Shown here piece by piece: positions 49,696 through 61,196 of a stretch of DNA of 64,000 nt. Within the stretch, counting starts at the first letter, position 1. Every line of letters begins with the position of its first letter. This stretch comes from Rhina ancylostomus. Taxonomy: Eukaryota. The notes under the pieces were generated by a model. The model did no database searches. It was not told the DNA's origin and saw only the letters and a list, made by a program, of their open reading frames with translations. The stretch covers positions 18,754,257 to 18,818,256 of the forward strand of contig JARFYF010000061.1 of NCBI GenBank assembly GCA_030265395.1. Reading direction: 5' to 3'. The translations under genes were made by a program, and so were the position numbers.

Positions 49696-50669
49696 CCATC
49701 TGACCATCACTTCAAAGTATGTGCAATTTATGGTTAGCTAATATCTTCCTACACTTGCCTCATGACCAAACTAGTTAAGGGATTTTGTTCAGAGCTTCTT
49801 CTTATTCCAACAGAGATTTTGATCTAATTCCTATTGCATTAGACAATTTGAACTTATATGGATTGTTTCCATAATGTTTATGTACACCTGGTCCTAAAAA
49901 ATAAAGTGATTGCATTTACAACATTCTTCCCAGCTTCACTTCCAGCTGATTCTTAAATTTACACTATACTCAGAAGTATAACTAATGGACAATGACATTT
50001 CCCTTAGAGCAGGAACAGAGTTAAGCATTCAACATTACAAAAACATCCATTTTCAAATGCATTCTATTCCTATTAGACAAGTAAGCCACTTAATACAAAA
50101 TATTTATTCATTGAGGAATCCTAATTATACCTTGCCTTATTTTTGTTGAAAACAAATTCTGCTATTCCAGCTTGGTAACATATAATACAGAATGAGAAAT
50201 TATAATTTGCTCTGCCAACATGTAAAAAATATGTAAACACTCATACAAGGATGAAAGAAAATAATATCTAATTAACACAAATGAAATACATTGGCAGTGA
50301 TTTGCCTGCAACAAACATTTCCACATTATACTCATAGGAGAATCCAAATAGAATATTTCCAAGTTGAAATAGGTGCTATTGTATTTAGATTTGTTATTTT
50401 AACTGATTGTTTAGCATTCCTAATAGTAGACAAGCACTTAATTGGGAAGTCGTTAACAACTTAAAAATCAACAATTATTATTGAAAAATTTGAGGTTATG
50501 AAGAAAGAAACAAAACTCACAATAGTAGGATTTGTCCTGTCTACATACATGCTCCTGATACTTGTCTGAGTAGGCCTTACATGGCTAATATGTGTTCTTC
50601 CATCAATTAAAATTAATAGTCAGAACATCATGAGATGCCCATCAATGATTTTCTGTACTGTGCTGCCTA

Positions 50670-50875
50670 TTATGATCTGGAATGCATTCCCTGAAAGGCC
50701 AGTGAAAGTGAAAACAATGGTAACTTTCAAAGGAGAATTAGATACCTACTTGAAAAGGAAACATATAGAAGACAGTGAGGAAAGACCAGTGGAGTGGAAC
50801 TAACTGAATGGTCATTCAAAGAGTCACAATGATCAAGATGGGCTAAATGGCCTCCTCTGCTTTAGGATTCTCTGC
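50670..50875 (+). mobile_element. Old CR1 3' remnant
   Basis: IWNAFPERPVKVKTMVTFKGELDTYL, then gatgggctaaatggcctcctctg tail. Confidence 0.7.
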
Positions 50876-53569
50876 ATCTATCCTGAATCATCTGTACAAT
50901 GATTTCTTTCAATAAAATGATGGCATGATAAACACATTTTTGCCAAGTTGATGCAAATAAATATTACGTCCTGCAAACCTTGTTTTGAAACTAAATTTAA
51001 AAAGTTATTTGGAATGAGAGCACACAAAGCACAAGAATAGGATGGACTAAATGCAAACTTCACAGAAATAATATTATTGGATAACTATTAGAAAAGCATA
51101 CTAGCTTTTGTGATAAGGTTAAAATCCATTTTCCCTGCACCATTGGTAATATTATTGACCTTAAGTGCTCAGGTCCAATGAATTACAAAGTAGAGGAGAA
51201 CAATAACTTGTTAGAGCATGATATATATTTTTGTAGATTATTGTGATAAGGTCTGTATGTCGCGACCCACTGGCGTCAAACTAATCCGGCAATATTCAGC
51301 GCTACATTGTTCTTAATCAATAACTAATTATCAAAGTATGGCTGAGGTAGCAGTTCTTTCAGAATTCCTTGTTAAAAATGGCTTTTGGCTGTGAGCAGGA
51401 AGAAAGGTCGCCTCAGTGACATCGTCACAAGCCTTTCAACATCCACTGCACTGTCAGATTGAATTACTGTTACTAACTAATTGATATAAATTTAAACAGA
51501 AGAATGCTTGTTACTGTGGGATGTCATAATATCATCTTCAGTAAGTGTGCGTAAGGACAAGCACACTGTAGACTCCCACTCTAATAGATGCAAATTAGGC
51601 TTGGCACAGTTAGGACATGAATATGATTATAGATAAATATAAAGGAATTTAGAGACCAAGAAGAGCATATTGTTTTCTTCTAACAATTCCAGGTATACTT
51701 CTACTGAAAATCCTTAATATTAATATCAGTTTGTGAAAATATTCAGATTTCATTTCATTTCACTATGCATGATTTAGAATTTAGAATTAATTAGGTTCTT
51801 CATAAAGTAATAGTAACAAATAACTATTTAGTTGGGCTCACAAATATTCAGAAATAAAATCTGCTGGCTATGTTCTGTGTATCTGTAAACAAGATGAGAA
51901 ACATTAAGAATCGCAATGGTAGAAATAGAATTTACAACTCAAAAATTATGCTTCATGAAAATTGTAGGCTGTTCCAAAATAATAATGGCTAAAGGTATAC
52001 TTACCTCGGAGTCCTTTTCGTTCAGAAAGACTTGAGTTAGAACTTAATCGCAACAGTCTCCTTTTGATGTGAAGGTAAACTTACTTCAATCCGCTGCACA
52101 AGCCCTTATGGCCTGCTGTACCAATCCTGATATAAATATGTGCTTCAGTTGCTGTGACATGTGGATTTTTTGGTTTTAAATTATCATGCAGATTCAATCA
52201 AGGTGGTTTTACAAATTTCTCATATCAATATTATGAACTCTGGAAAAGGTTTTTCGAAAGTTAGCTGTGTGGCAAAATCACCTCAGCTTCATTTTGTTAT
52301 TCTATGGCAAATAGTTGTGTTTTTGTATCATTTTAAAATGTCTAAATACTATTATAAGAATATGGTATTATAGTTTAGAGTTTGGTGAGTAAAGTGGAGA
52401 GGATTTGTGACCAAATTAAACTAGGCAATCTTGAATTTATGTCATGTACATTTAATTGACTTATGAAATAACAGGGAGATTTCACGCAAAGATACAAATA
52501 TGAATGCTACTAAATCAATGCAATTTGATGTAAAGATTCTTGGAATCTTACAAAGAAATTCTGTTGAATAAGTGTTACTTTTACTAAGACAAATTTAAGA
52601 CAGGCAGATGTGCAACATATCAGAGAGTTACAAGCAGAAGAGGAAAATACATTCACTGGTAAAAATAATTAACATAAACAAAATTGGAAATGAAAATGTT
52701 TTATGTGAGTAACAACAAATATCAAATAAAAAAATCTAAACAATAGGAAATCATTCCATCAATAACATGTGCACAAATCATCTATCTAAATGAATTGTAG
52801 GGGAGTGATTTGATCACTGCAAAATTTATAGGAATCAGGCATTTTTTTGAAAAGTCATCCTTGTTATGATCAGTCACTATTCAATTGCATTTTTAATTGT
52901 GGTTAGAATATAATAAAAAATGTTGGTTGATTGTTGAAAAAGGTAAGTAATGTTAACTCATTGTATTAGATCCCAACCAAATGAACCTGCAGCCTATATG
53001 TTTTCATATTTCTGCTGGTTTTAGATACGTACAAATGTGCTGCAAACTAACGCTCCTTGCAGTTGGTGATAAATGTTCAGAACAAGAAATATAACGAGCA
53101 GTCAATTAAAACATGGAGCCCAGTTTGTAGAGAGTAAAGAATGAATACCGTAATCCCCTTTCTGGGAATTCTTGGGATCAAGATCAACGCTGCTTTTCAA
53201 CCCAGCACAGTTTTATTCTCCATTGAAGTCTTTGCTAGGTTAAAAACTATCCACATGGGCATCAAACTATTCTCTGGTCCAAAACATAATATTTAATGCA
53301 GAACTATTGAGCTGAACAGGGTTTCAATTCATAGAAGTCCAGTGATTAAAGATAATTACAAAATATTTATTGTTTTTAACCTATTTGTCCTGACATTCAG
53401 CAGCTAAACCTGTTCATAATATCTTTTAATTAAGCTATTTCACATCACTGATTTTGGATATAAATAAAACCCCATTCCCTCTCTCACCAGGAAAGCAACA
53501 ACTGGTCAGCAAGTTACAGATATAACCATTTATTTTTCTTTTGAGAAAATACCATAAATGTATATAAGG

Positions 53570-54844
53570 TGGAAGATCCTGATGACATAATTATAGAATA
53601 GGTCACTTAGAATAANNNNNNNNNNNNNNNNNNNNNNNNNNNNNNNNNNNNNNNTTCAGAAGCAGAATTTTCATGATCTAATTTTCATTCACTTATTTTT
53701 AATGTATGATACTTCTATAAATAGATCCATTTTCTTTGTAATTTGTATCCTTATCCCACCCCCAGTGCCTTGAAAATCCTCAGCTTTAATTGCACAGCAC
53801 ATTGGCTAATCTCTACAAAGGTCATTTTTGTAAAAATAAATCAAATACGCATAGCCTTAGTTGGTCCTGCACCCGGTATCGGTGATATATGAGTCCATAA
53901 CTGACTTTGTCAAAAATGTTGCTTTTGTTCTGATTCTCCATTTTTCCATGAAAATGTTAGAAAATAATTGATGAGTTTGCAAAGTTGTTGCACTGAGGTC
54001 TTCATCGGTAACACTGACATGAACAATCCAAGTATTAAAAAACATTTGCTTTTCCAAGGATACATTTTAATGATTACATAACTCACATGAACAATATTTT
54101 TGGAAGTGTTGATTGAATGTAAAATACCACAAAAGTCTAATGATTGTCAAAATAGAGACTTGTTTTAAAGGAATAAGTCCTCATGTTCTAGCATGGCAAT
54201 GAATAGTTGAATGATTCTGACTGCACCATTTGTTATTTGAATTGCAATGGCACAAACTTACACGAAATACACTTATGGGGTCACCTCTCCACTTCTGGAC
54301 AATTTACTATGAATTTATTTTTTTGCTCGCTGGTGCTCATTAAGATAAATTTTGACAGAATCACAGAGGGGATTTTTCCCCATAGTGTATCTAACACGAA
54401 AGAACTCTTTAGTCAAGTATGGCAAGGTCATTAAGGATGATTTAATTCATGGCTTGATTCCAAAAGTGTAAACTTGACCTTAGAATTAGAACTTCAGAAG
54501 TTGCAATCTGTACAGCACAAAACTTTAAGGTATGACTGTGAGGAAAAGGGCAACCATATGTTTTGTGGTTGAATTCCTAACATTTACTCAGTTTAGATAT
54601 TTTGGGTGTTATCAATCCAGAACACTGTTGATCTAACTAAATAATAGCTGGAAGATCCTGATGACATAATTATAGAATAGGTCACTTAGAATAAAGCTAT
54701 ATTCAAATAATGAAACACTGTAGGTGTAATGAAAATCAGATATTGAAAGTTCACTTTGTGGATTAATTTCAGAAGCAGAATTTTCATGATCTAATTTTCA
54801 TTCACTTATTTTTAATGTATGATACTTCTATAAATAGATCCATT
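53570..54844. repeat. Identical direct duplication of about 160-200 bp (53570-53731 and 54649-54844), gap-associated
   Basis: tggaagatcctgatgacataattatagaataggtcacttagaataa and ttcagaagcagaattttc..aatagatccatt occur in both places; copy 1 contains a gap and copy 2 ends at a gap. Confidence 0.9.
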
Positions 54845-54944
54845 NNNNNNNNNNNNNNNNNNNNNNNNNNNNNNNNNNNNNNNNNNNNNNNNNNNNNNNN
54901 NNNNNNNNNNNNNNNNNNNNNNNNNNNNNNNNNNNNNNNNNNNN

Positions 54945-55120
54945 TAATCTCTTCCATGCTTATTAACTCCCAAATGATTCTTTTGCCACTTTATAATTGG
55001 CAATTTACAGAAGCCAATTAACCTTTGAGATCTGGGAGGAAACAGACACTGTTATGGGAAGAACATGCAAGCTCCACAGAGAGTGCAGCACCTACAGGCA
55101 GGACTGAACCATTGACTGCG
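54945..55120 (-). mobile_element. Degenerate HE1/V-SINE-like fragment
   Basis: ggcaatttacagaagccaattaacc..gggaggaaac..gggaagaacatgcaagctccaca parallels 55555-55670. Confidence 0.6.
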
Positions 55121-55391
55121 GGGTCCTGCTTAACCCCTGGCCTCATCAACCAGGCCATAGCGGTTCTGGCAGAGATGTAACACTTGACAACTGAGATTAC
55201 ATTGATTTTCTGTGTGTTTACCTCAATCGAATAACCTGACCACATAGCATTTCTTTTTTTTCCCCCTCTGTTAAGCAATATTCCCAAACTGTTTTCACTT
55301 CTGGGGCCTGATGAAAAAATTGAACAAGATGTGCTAACAATGAATGTGCGTGGAAGAGTAGCTCATGTTTGTTGAGCCTTTGAATTAATAG

Positions 55392-55750
55392 CGTCATAGA
55401 GATGTACAGCATGGAAACAGTCCCTAGAGCCCACCAAATCAACACTGACCATCAACCACCCGTTACACTAATCCTACATTAAACCCAATTTTTAAAATTC
55501 TCTCCACATTCTCATCAACTTGCTCTAGATTCTGCCACTCACGTACACAATAGGTACAACTTACAATGGCCAATGAATCTACCAACCTGCACATCTTTGG
55601 GATGTGGAAGGAGACTGAAGCACCTGGGGGAAACCCATGCAGTCACAGGGAGAATCTGCAAACTCCACATGGGCAGCACCCGAGGTCAGGATTGACTGAG
55701 GTCTCTGGTGCTGTGAGACAGCAGCTCTACTAGTGTGCACTGTGTCGCCC
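55392..55750 (-). mobile_element. Full-length tRNA-derived SINE (HE1/V-SINE-like)
   Basis: Reverse complement starts gggcgacacagtgcac, has caatcctgacctcgggtgctg, a V-like core, and ends ctgtttccatgctgtacatctctatgac. Confidence 0.9.
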
Positions 55751-57171
55751 TTTCACTTCAGCTGGAGGAAAGAAATCCATAACAGGAATCCAGAAAGAAT
55801 TTGTTTGGTGACTGTCAAAGGGGAGAGGTATAATTCATTTCAGAAGAACAAGCAAGCAATGGAAGGTGTGAGAAAATTGAAGAGGGTTGAGAAACGGAGG
55901 AAGCAGGAAACCAATTTTACAGATAGCACAAGTTTCATCACAGACACAGCCCCACAGTTAACGAAATGCTGAAGCTTTCTGAAGTACGACAAGAAATGGA
56001 CAAAAGAGCAAGAGAGGCATTAAAGACCAACAGGCTTCTTCCTTTGTTCCAAGTTTTCAAAGGTAAATATACAGAGACTTGCAATCTGCTCCAACCAGCT
56101 TGTATAATAAGGAAATGATGAAAACAGTTTAAACTTCCTCTTGGAGTCCCTGCTATTTGCATGTCAACAGAGGGAATGGTGTCAAGTTTGGGACATTTCT
56201 CCAGCCTTGCTTCCAGCACTTTGATACAGTACCCACAGTAGATGCCCAGGGGCAGTGACAGCAAGAGAAAGCCACTGTTCCGTTTATAGGAAATATTTTA
56301 GTCTGTAGTCATTGTGGCACGTTACAGTTCTTCTCACTCAGAGGAAAGCTTGCCACACACTAACCAATCTAACCACATGGACGGGGAGCCAAAAAGCACC
56401 AGTGAATTAAAAACCAACCCTACCAGTCTTTCATGTACATGATGCAACATAAAGGACAACAACTCAATGTGAAGGGAACAGCAGCCATTTTGTTGCGCTA
56501 GATATCAGAAGATTAGACCTGCAATTCTCACAGCATTACTTCTGTTGTAATAAAATATTTCCTATGCAACAGAAGTCTAAGAAAATAGACATGAAAATGC
56601 AAACCAGATATGCAATAGAACTGCAGATCACCAGGAAGCTGCACTATTACAATATATCCAGTTTGCTTTCCATCCTCTCCAAAGACTATTCAAACCTATG
56701 CATTGGTCTATGCACAACCTCCTTTAAAATATACCTTCCTGTGACCAATTTAGAAGATCTGGAGTGAAATTTCATAAGAAAAGGGGAAATAATAGCCTGC
56801 ATCAACAGTCCAAACAGCAGAACTAACTGAACCAAATTCTGCTACGACTGCGTTTGACCTATGATGTAAGAGGTTCAATGGTGCATACATTTTCATCATC
56901 GATCGGCATGGATCACACTGCGGCCACAGTATATGGAGAAAATATGGCTTCCGCTCCTGCACCTTTGATCCCTGCCAACCCATGGTGCTACATCTATACA
57001 GCACCCTACTCACTTTCATAAATTAACATTAGGTCAATTCTTTCTAAAGTGAGGGATACAAAACTTGGAACAAGATTAGAATTATTTCCTGACTAACACT
57101 TATAAAATAGGCACTGAGGGAAAATTATTGAAGTGAATCAGATAAACAAACTCAAGGGAGAACTAAATTCC

Positions 57172-57308
57172 CAGTCCTGATGCAGGTTTTCAACCTGAAA
57201 CGTCAACAATTCCTTTCACCCTCCACAGATGATGCTCGACCCGCTGAGTTGCACCAACAGATTGTTTGCTGCTCCAGATTCCAGGATCTGCGGTCTCTTG
57301 TGTCCTCG
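57172..57308 (+). mobile_element. 137-bp Penelope-like insertion beginning exactly at a hammerhead-like motif, with 12-bp TSD
   Basis: Flanks gaactaaattcc (57160-57171) and gaattaaattcc (57309-57320). Begins cagtc-CTGATGC-AGGTT-ttc-AACCT-GAAAC-GTC. 3' end is the reverse complement of the starts of the 19484 and 48911 elements. Confidence 0.8.
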
Positions 57309-57879
57309 GAATTAAATTCCTTACTGATGGAAACATAAACAGATGAAAATGCAGGACGAGGGGTAAGAGTGTTTAATGTTATCAGAAGGGAACCAGACTA
57401 CTGGGAACATGGCTATGAGTGCTTAATAAAAAAGAACTTACATTCCTGTATTCCATTCAAAGTATAAACTTAGCATCAAACATGGAAAAGCATCAGCAAT
57501 ATTTACCCATAACTATTCTTAACAAAACCAGTGGAATACGAAGTAACATTGTCAAAAGATCATTGATCCAAAACTTCAATTGTTTCTCACTTCACAGATG
57601 CCATTTGACCTGTTGAGCAATTCCTTATATAATTTTATTTCAGAGTCTGTAGAGTTTTGCCCCTGTGGATTTATTGGAAATAACATGTTGCTCTGTAAAA
57701 GGAAGTTTTGGAATGATTGGCACCTCAACAGCTGTGGCTGTTAGTGGCTACAAGCAGATAGTTCAGGTGAATCATTTCTACTGCAATAACGAAGTTAGTA
57801 AACTTTACACAGGACACAGGGTTAAAGGATCTGAATACTCTCACTACGGACAGAAGCACATGATAAGCTTAAAAAGGAA

Positions 57880-58150
57880 AGTCCCATCTCTCCCTCTCAC
57901 CCGAACATTGTCATACTTCCCCCTCCTGCCACTCCTAAATACCATCTGCTCCTCTCCCTACCCCCAAACACCACCTGCCCTTCTCCCTACCCCACCCCTT
58001 TCCCGAACAACAGATTGTCTCCCCACATCTCCCCAAGCAACATCTGCCCGATACTCCACCCCTCTCTTGAACAATGAATGCCCTCTCCATCCCCCTCCCC
58101 CATCTGCCCATCTCCACACACCACTTTTTCCTCTTACACAAATGAACGTA
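57880..58150. repeat. C-rich low-complexity tract
   Basis: Runs of ccc/cccc with t/a spacers; explains the Pro-rich and Gly-rich spurious ORFs here. Confidence 0.7.
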
Positions 58151-58480
58151 CCCTTCACTTCAATACCAGTGGGTGCTTAGAATTTCCCAGTGAGTGACCA
58201 GCAAGTTATCCAGTTTTCTATGTTTCATTCAAAGCTCTGCAAATTCACAATAAATGGATGTAATCCTACACCACAGATGCCCATACTAATTCTTCATCTT
58301 TCAGGGCCAGCAGTTACGATGCACAACTGTTGACTTCTACACCACAAACCACAGAAGTACCAAATCCAACAATTAGGCCCACAATTATCAAACGTCTGAA
58401 CTGTTTCCAAGGTAACCAGAGTGATAGCTTAACCTCTTTCCATACAACCCTTCAGCTCCTAACAATGTTACAAGTGGAAA

Positions 58481-58482
<2 letters not shown>

Positions 58483-58525
<43 letters not shown>
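58483..58525. repeat. (TG)n microsatellite, about 21 units
   Basis: Uninterrupted TG run. Confidence 0.98.
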
Positions 58526-58527
<2 letters not shown>

Positions 58528-60878
58528 ACACATGTGCTTAATTTTGTCTTTCTTTATATGTGTGTGCATTTGTATATCTATGTACTTTTGCATTTCTGTG
58601 TGTGTGTGTATATGTCAGAATAGAGGGAAAAGGACTGTCTGCAATCAAAATAAAAAGCAAGAGAACTGCATAACAAAAAGCTGACTTGCAATCATCCATT
58701 TTACATAGTTGCACATTATCAAAATTTTTTTTGCAATGTCTTTATGGTGTGCAAGTTTAAAAACTTAATGAACACATAGTGCAGCATTGTAATAGCTCTT
58801 GAAAAGGTGGGGTGAGCAGCACCCAGGAGCATTAAAAGGTTGTTCAGTAGGTAACAGGAGAAATACTGCTTGTGATTTGCCACTCAGCAAGCCACTGCAC
58901 TTAGGAGGACTGCCAGGAGAAGGTGAGGAATAAAGATGATGTGCTTCCCCACAGAGAAAATTGGAAGGGAAATCAGCTGGTGCCAACTGTGCCATTGGCA
59001 GGTTCAGAAGATCATTGGCACAGGTGTAGGAACAGATGTTTTTGCTGCCCACCTTGTGGATAGTAACTGAGGCAGCAGAAGAATTTAACTTCATAAACCA
59101 AAAGGGGAGAGGATTAAACTAACATCTGCAGCAGAAAGCACTGCAGAATATTTCAGATTTAGAGAATGTTTCTCTTTGAGTGATGATACCAGTCACCAGC
59201 TACCTGGCTGTCTCTACCTGGTATACTCACAGCTATTGTTCCTACATGCCTAAGTGCTTTGGGAACATGACAAAATATTATTTTCCTTCTCTCAACTGCC
59301 TTTTCTGAAATAATTTTCCCAGCAGGAATCAAGTGAATAGAAAATACAATATATATTAATTCCTTCTACATCCTCTAACTCGTAGTGTATACAAAGATAA
59401 TGTTAAAAGTCAAGTTTGTTCTCATCTACTATCCATTTAGCAAGTTACAAACAACAGTGCAACAAAGTGAATGGTAAATTTAAGCTTCTGCTCCTAAACT
59501 CTTATAATTATTCATGATTGCACATTTGCTTGGACAATTATAACACAACTTAAAAGAAAACTTGTGTGATAGGCATCACTTCAGAACTGTTAAATTGCAA
59601 ATATGTGGATGCAACACTCTGATTAAAGGTTTGTGCATATTTGGTCTTTAGTGATTGAACAATGTTAACCTATCCAAAAGATGAGTAGTAACAAATAGAA
59701 ATCCTCCATTGGTGTTAATTACGTTTATAAATGGATAATTACAGACTCTTGACACCAATATTATTTTTCTTGTGAAAGATACTAATGTAAAACAGGATAT
59801 CAAATGCAAGATCTCATGCATAAATTGACCAATTATAAGCCTAAAAATTATTGTGTGATGACATCTGAATGCTTAACATATTCATATCAAATTCACTCCA
59901 TGCTTTTAATGGAAGCATAAATCCAAGCTGCTTTAAAATAGCAGGGAAAGAGATTTAATATGAGGATTTCAAGCAGTTGCAACAGATGCAGTTATTAAAA
60001 GTATGAAGGGTGACATTTTGATCCTACAATCTCTTTAAAGAACTACTGTTCAAAGAGTGTGGGTCAGAAAATTGGGAGTTGATATGTTGTGATCTTACCT
60101 TCAGCCTGGGACCTCTGTAAGTGTGGCTTCTCCACTGAGAACCTGGAAGCATCCACATAGTTCTCTTTTAATAGGCACGTAAGCTCAGAAGCAACTTTTT
60201 AAGCGGTATAGGTTCCAAACTGACTGCATACAGAGACAGAACAATGCTACACAGTGCTCCAGGAGTCTGGATTTCAAACTTTCCTTCCACTTGGCTTAAG
60301 TTAAAGTGTTGTGTGACTGCCTGTTTAGACTTAAGTAGTAAGTCCACTACTTTAGGCACAGCATGAGTAAATAATGGTGTCCTCGAGAAGTGTCTTTAGC
60401 ATGTTAGAAACGGACCATAATATTGATTTTAGTGATTTATAAGAATAGACAGCATTAGAGGAACATGGGTGAGTATTTGAGTTCATCAGGAGCCTGCATT
60501 ATTCAATAAATAGTGGAGCAGTTGGCATTTCCTGGGACCCACTTGAAACTCCTCTTCACTCAATTGTTGTGTACACTCATGCTAAAGAAGGATTTTTGAG
60601 CACTGTGCTGTAGAAGATTGCTGTGGTAAATGAGTGCGTCTGAGGAGGGAAGAGAGCAAACAAAACCTTGGGTTTGTGATCCTGCCTGCTGATTGCTGCT
60701 CAGGCCAGCAGGACTTAAGTGAGCTCGATACATGGAGACAGCCTAAGAAAGCTGCAGAAAAGTAAGGGCAAGAGGGGGTAAGATCTAAATCATCAAAACT
60801 GAGAGCAGCTGAGACAAGGCTTGAATTAAAGGGTGCCAGTGGGGAATAAGCTGAATTGCAAGAAGATGAAGAAAGCTG

Positions 60879-61196
60879 GGGTGTCACAATTGGTGCAGTG
60901 GTAGAGTCACTGACTAACAGCTGCAGCAACCTGGGTTCAATCCTGACCTCGAGTGCTGTCTACATGGAATTTGCGTGTTGTCTGGGTGAATGCATAGGTT
61001 TCCTCTGGGTGCTCCAGTTCCCTCCCACATCTCAAGACACACACAGGTAGGTTAACTGGTCTAGTTTGGTGAGTGATAGAATCCAGAGGGGAATGGAGGG
61101 GAATAAAATGGGATTGGTGTTGATGAGTGGTGGATGGCTGGTGTGGACCTGGTGGGTTGAAAGGCTTCTTTCTGAGCTTCATGTTTCTATGTTTCT
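60879..61196 (+). mobile_element. tRNA-derived SINE (HE1/V-SINE-like)
   Basis: tggtgcagtggtagag A-box-like, gggttcaatcc B-box, ggtttcctctgggtgctccagttccctcccaca core, tail tgtttctatgtttct. Confidence 0.9.

Noticed and set aside
51343-51365. let-7-like TGAGGTAG start (also near 43934 and 6437)
   Set aside because: Only the first 8 nt match; no mature let-7 continuation or precursor hairpin.
57545-57625. Further hammerhead-like relic (aaagatcattgatccaaaac)
   Set aside because: Probably the same repeat superfamily, but both catalytic core boxes are lost.
57665-58180. 171-aa ORF with Pro-rich C-terminus
   Set aside because: GTG start and open only because the C-rich low-complexity tract lacks stops.
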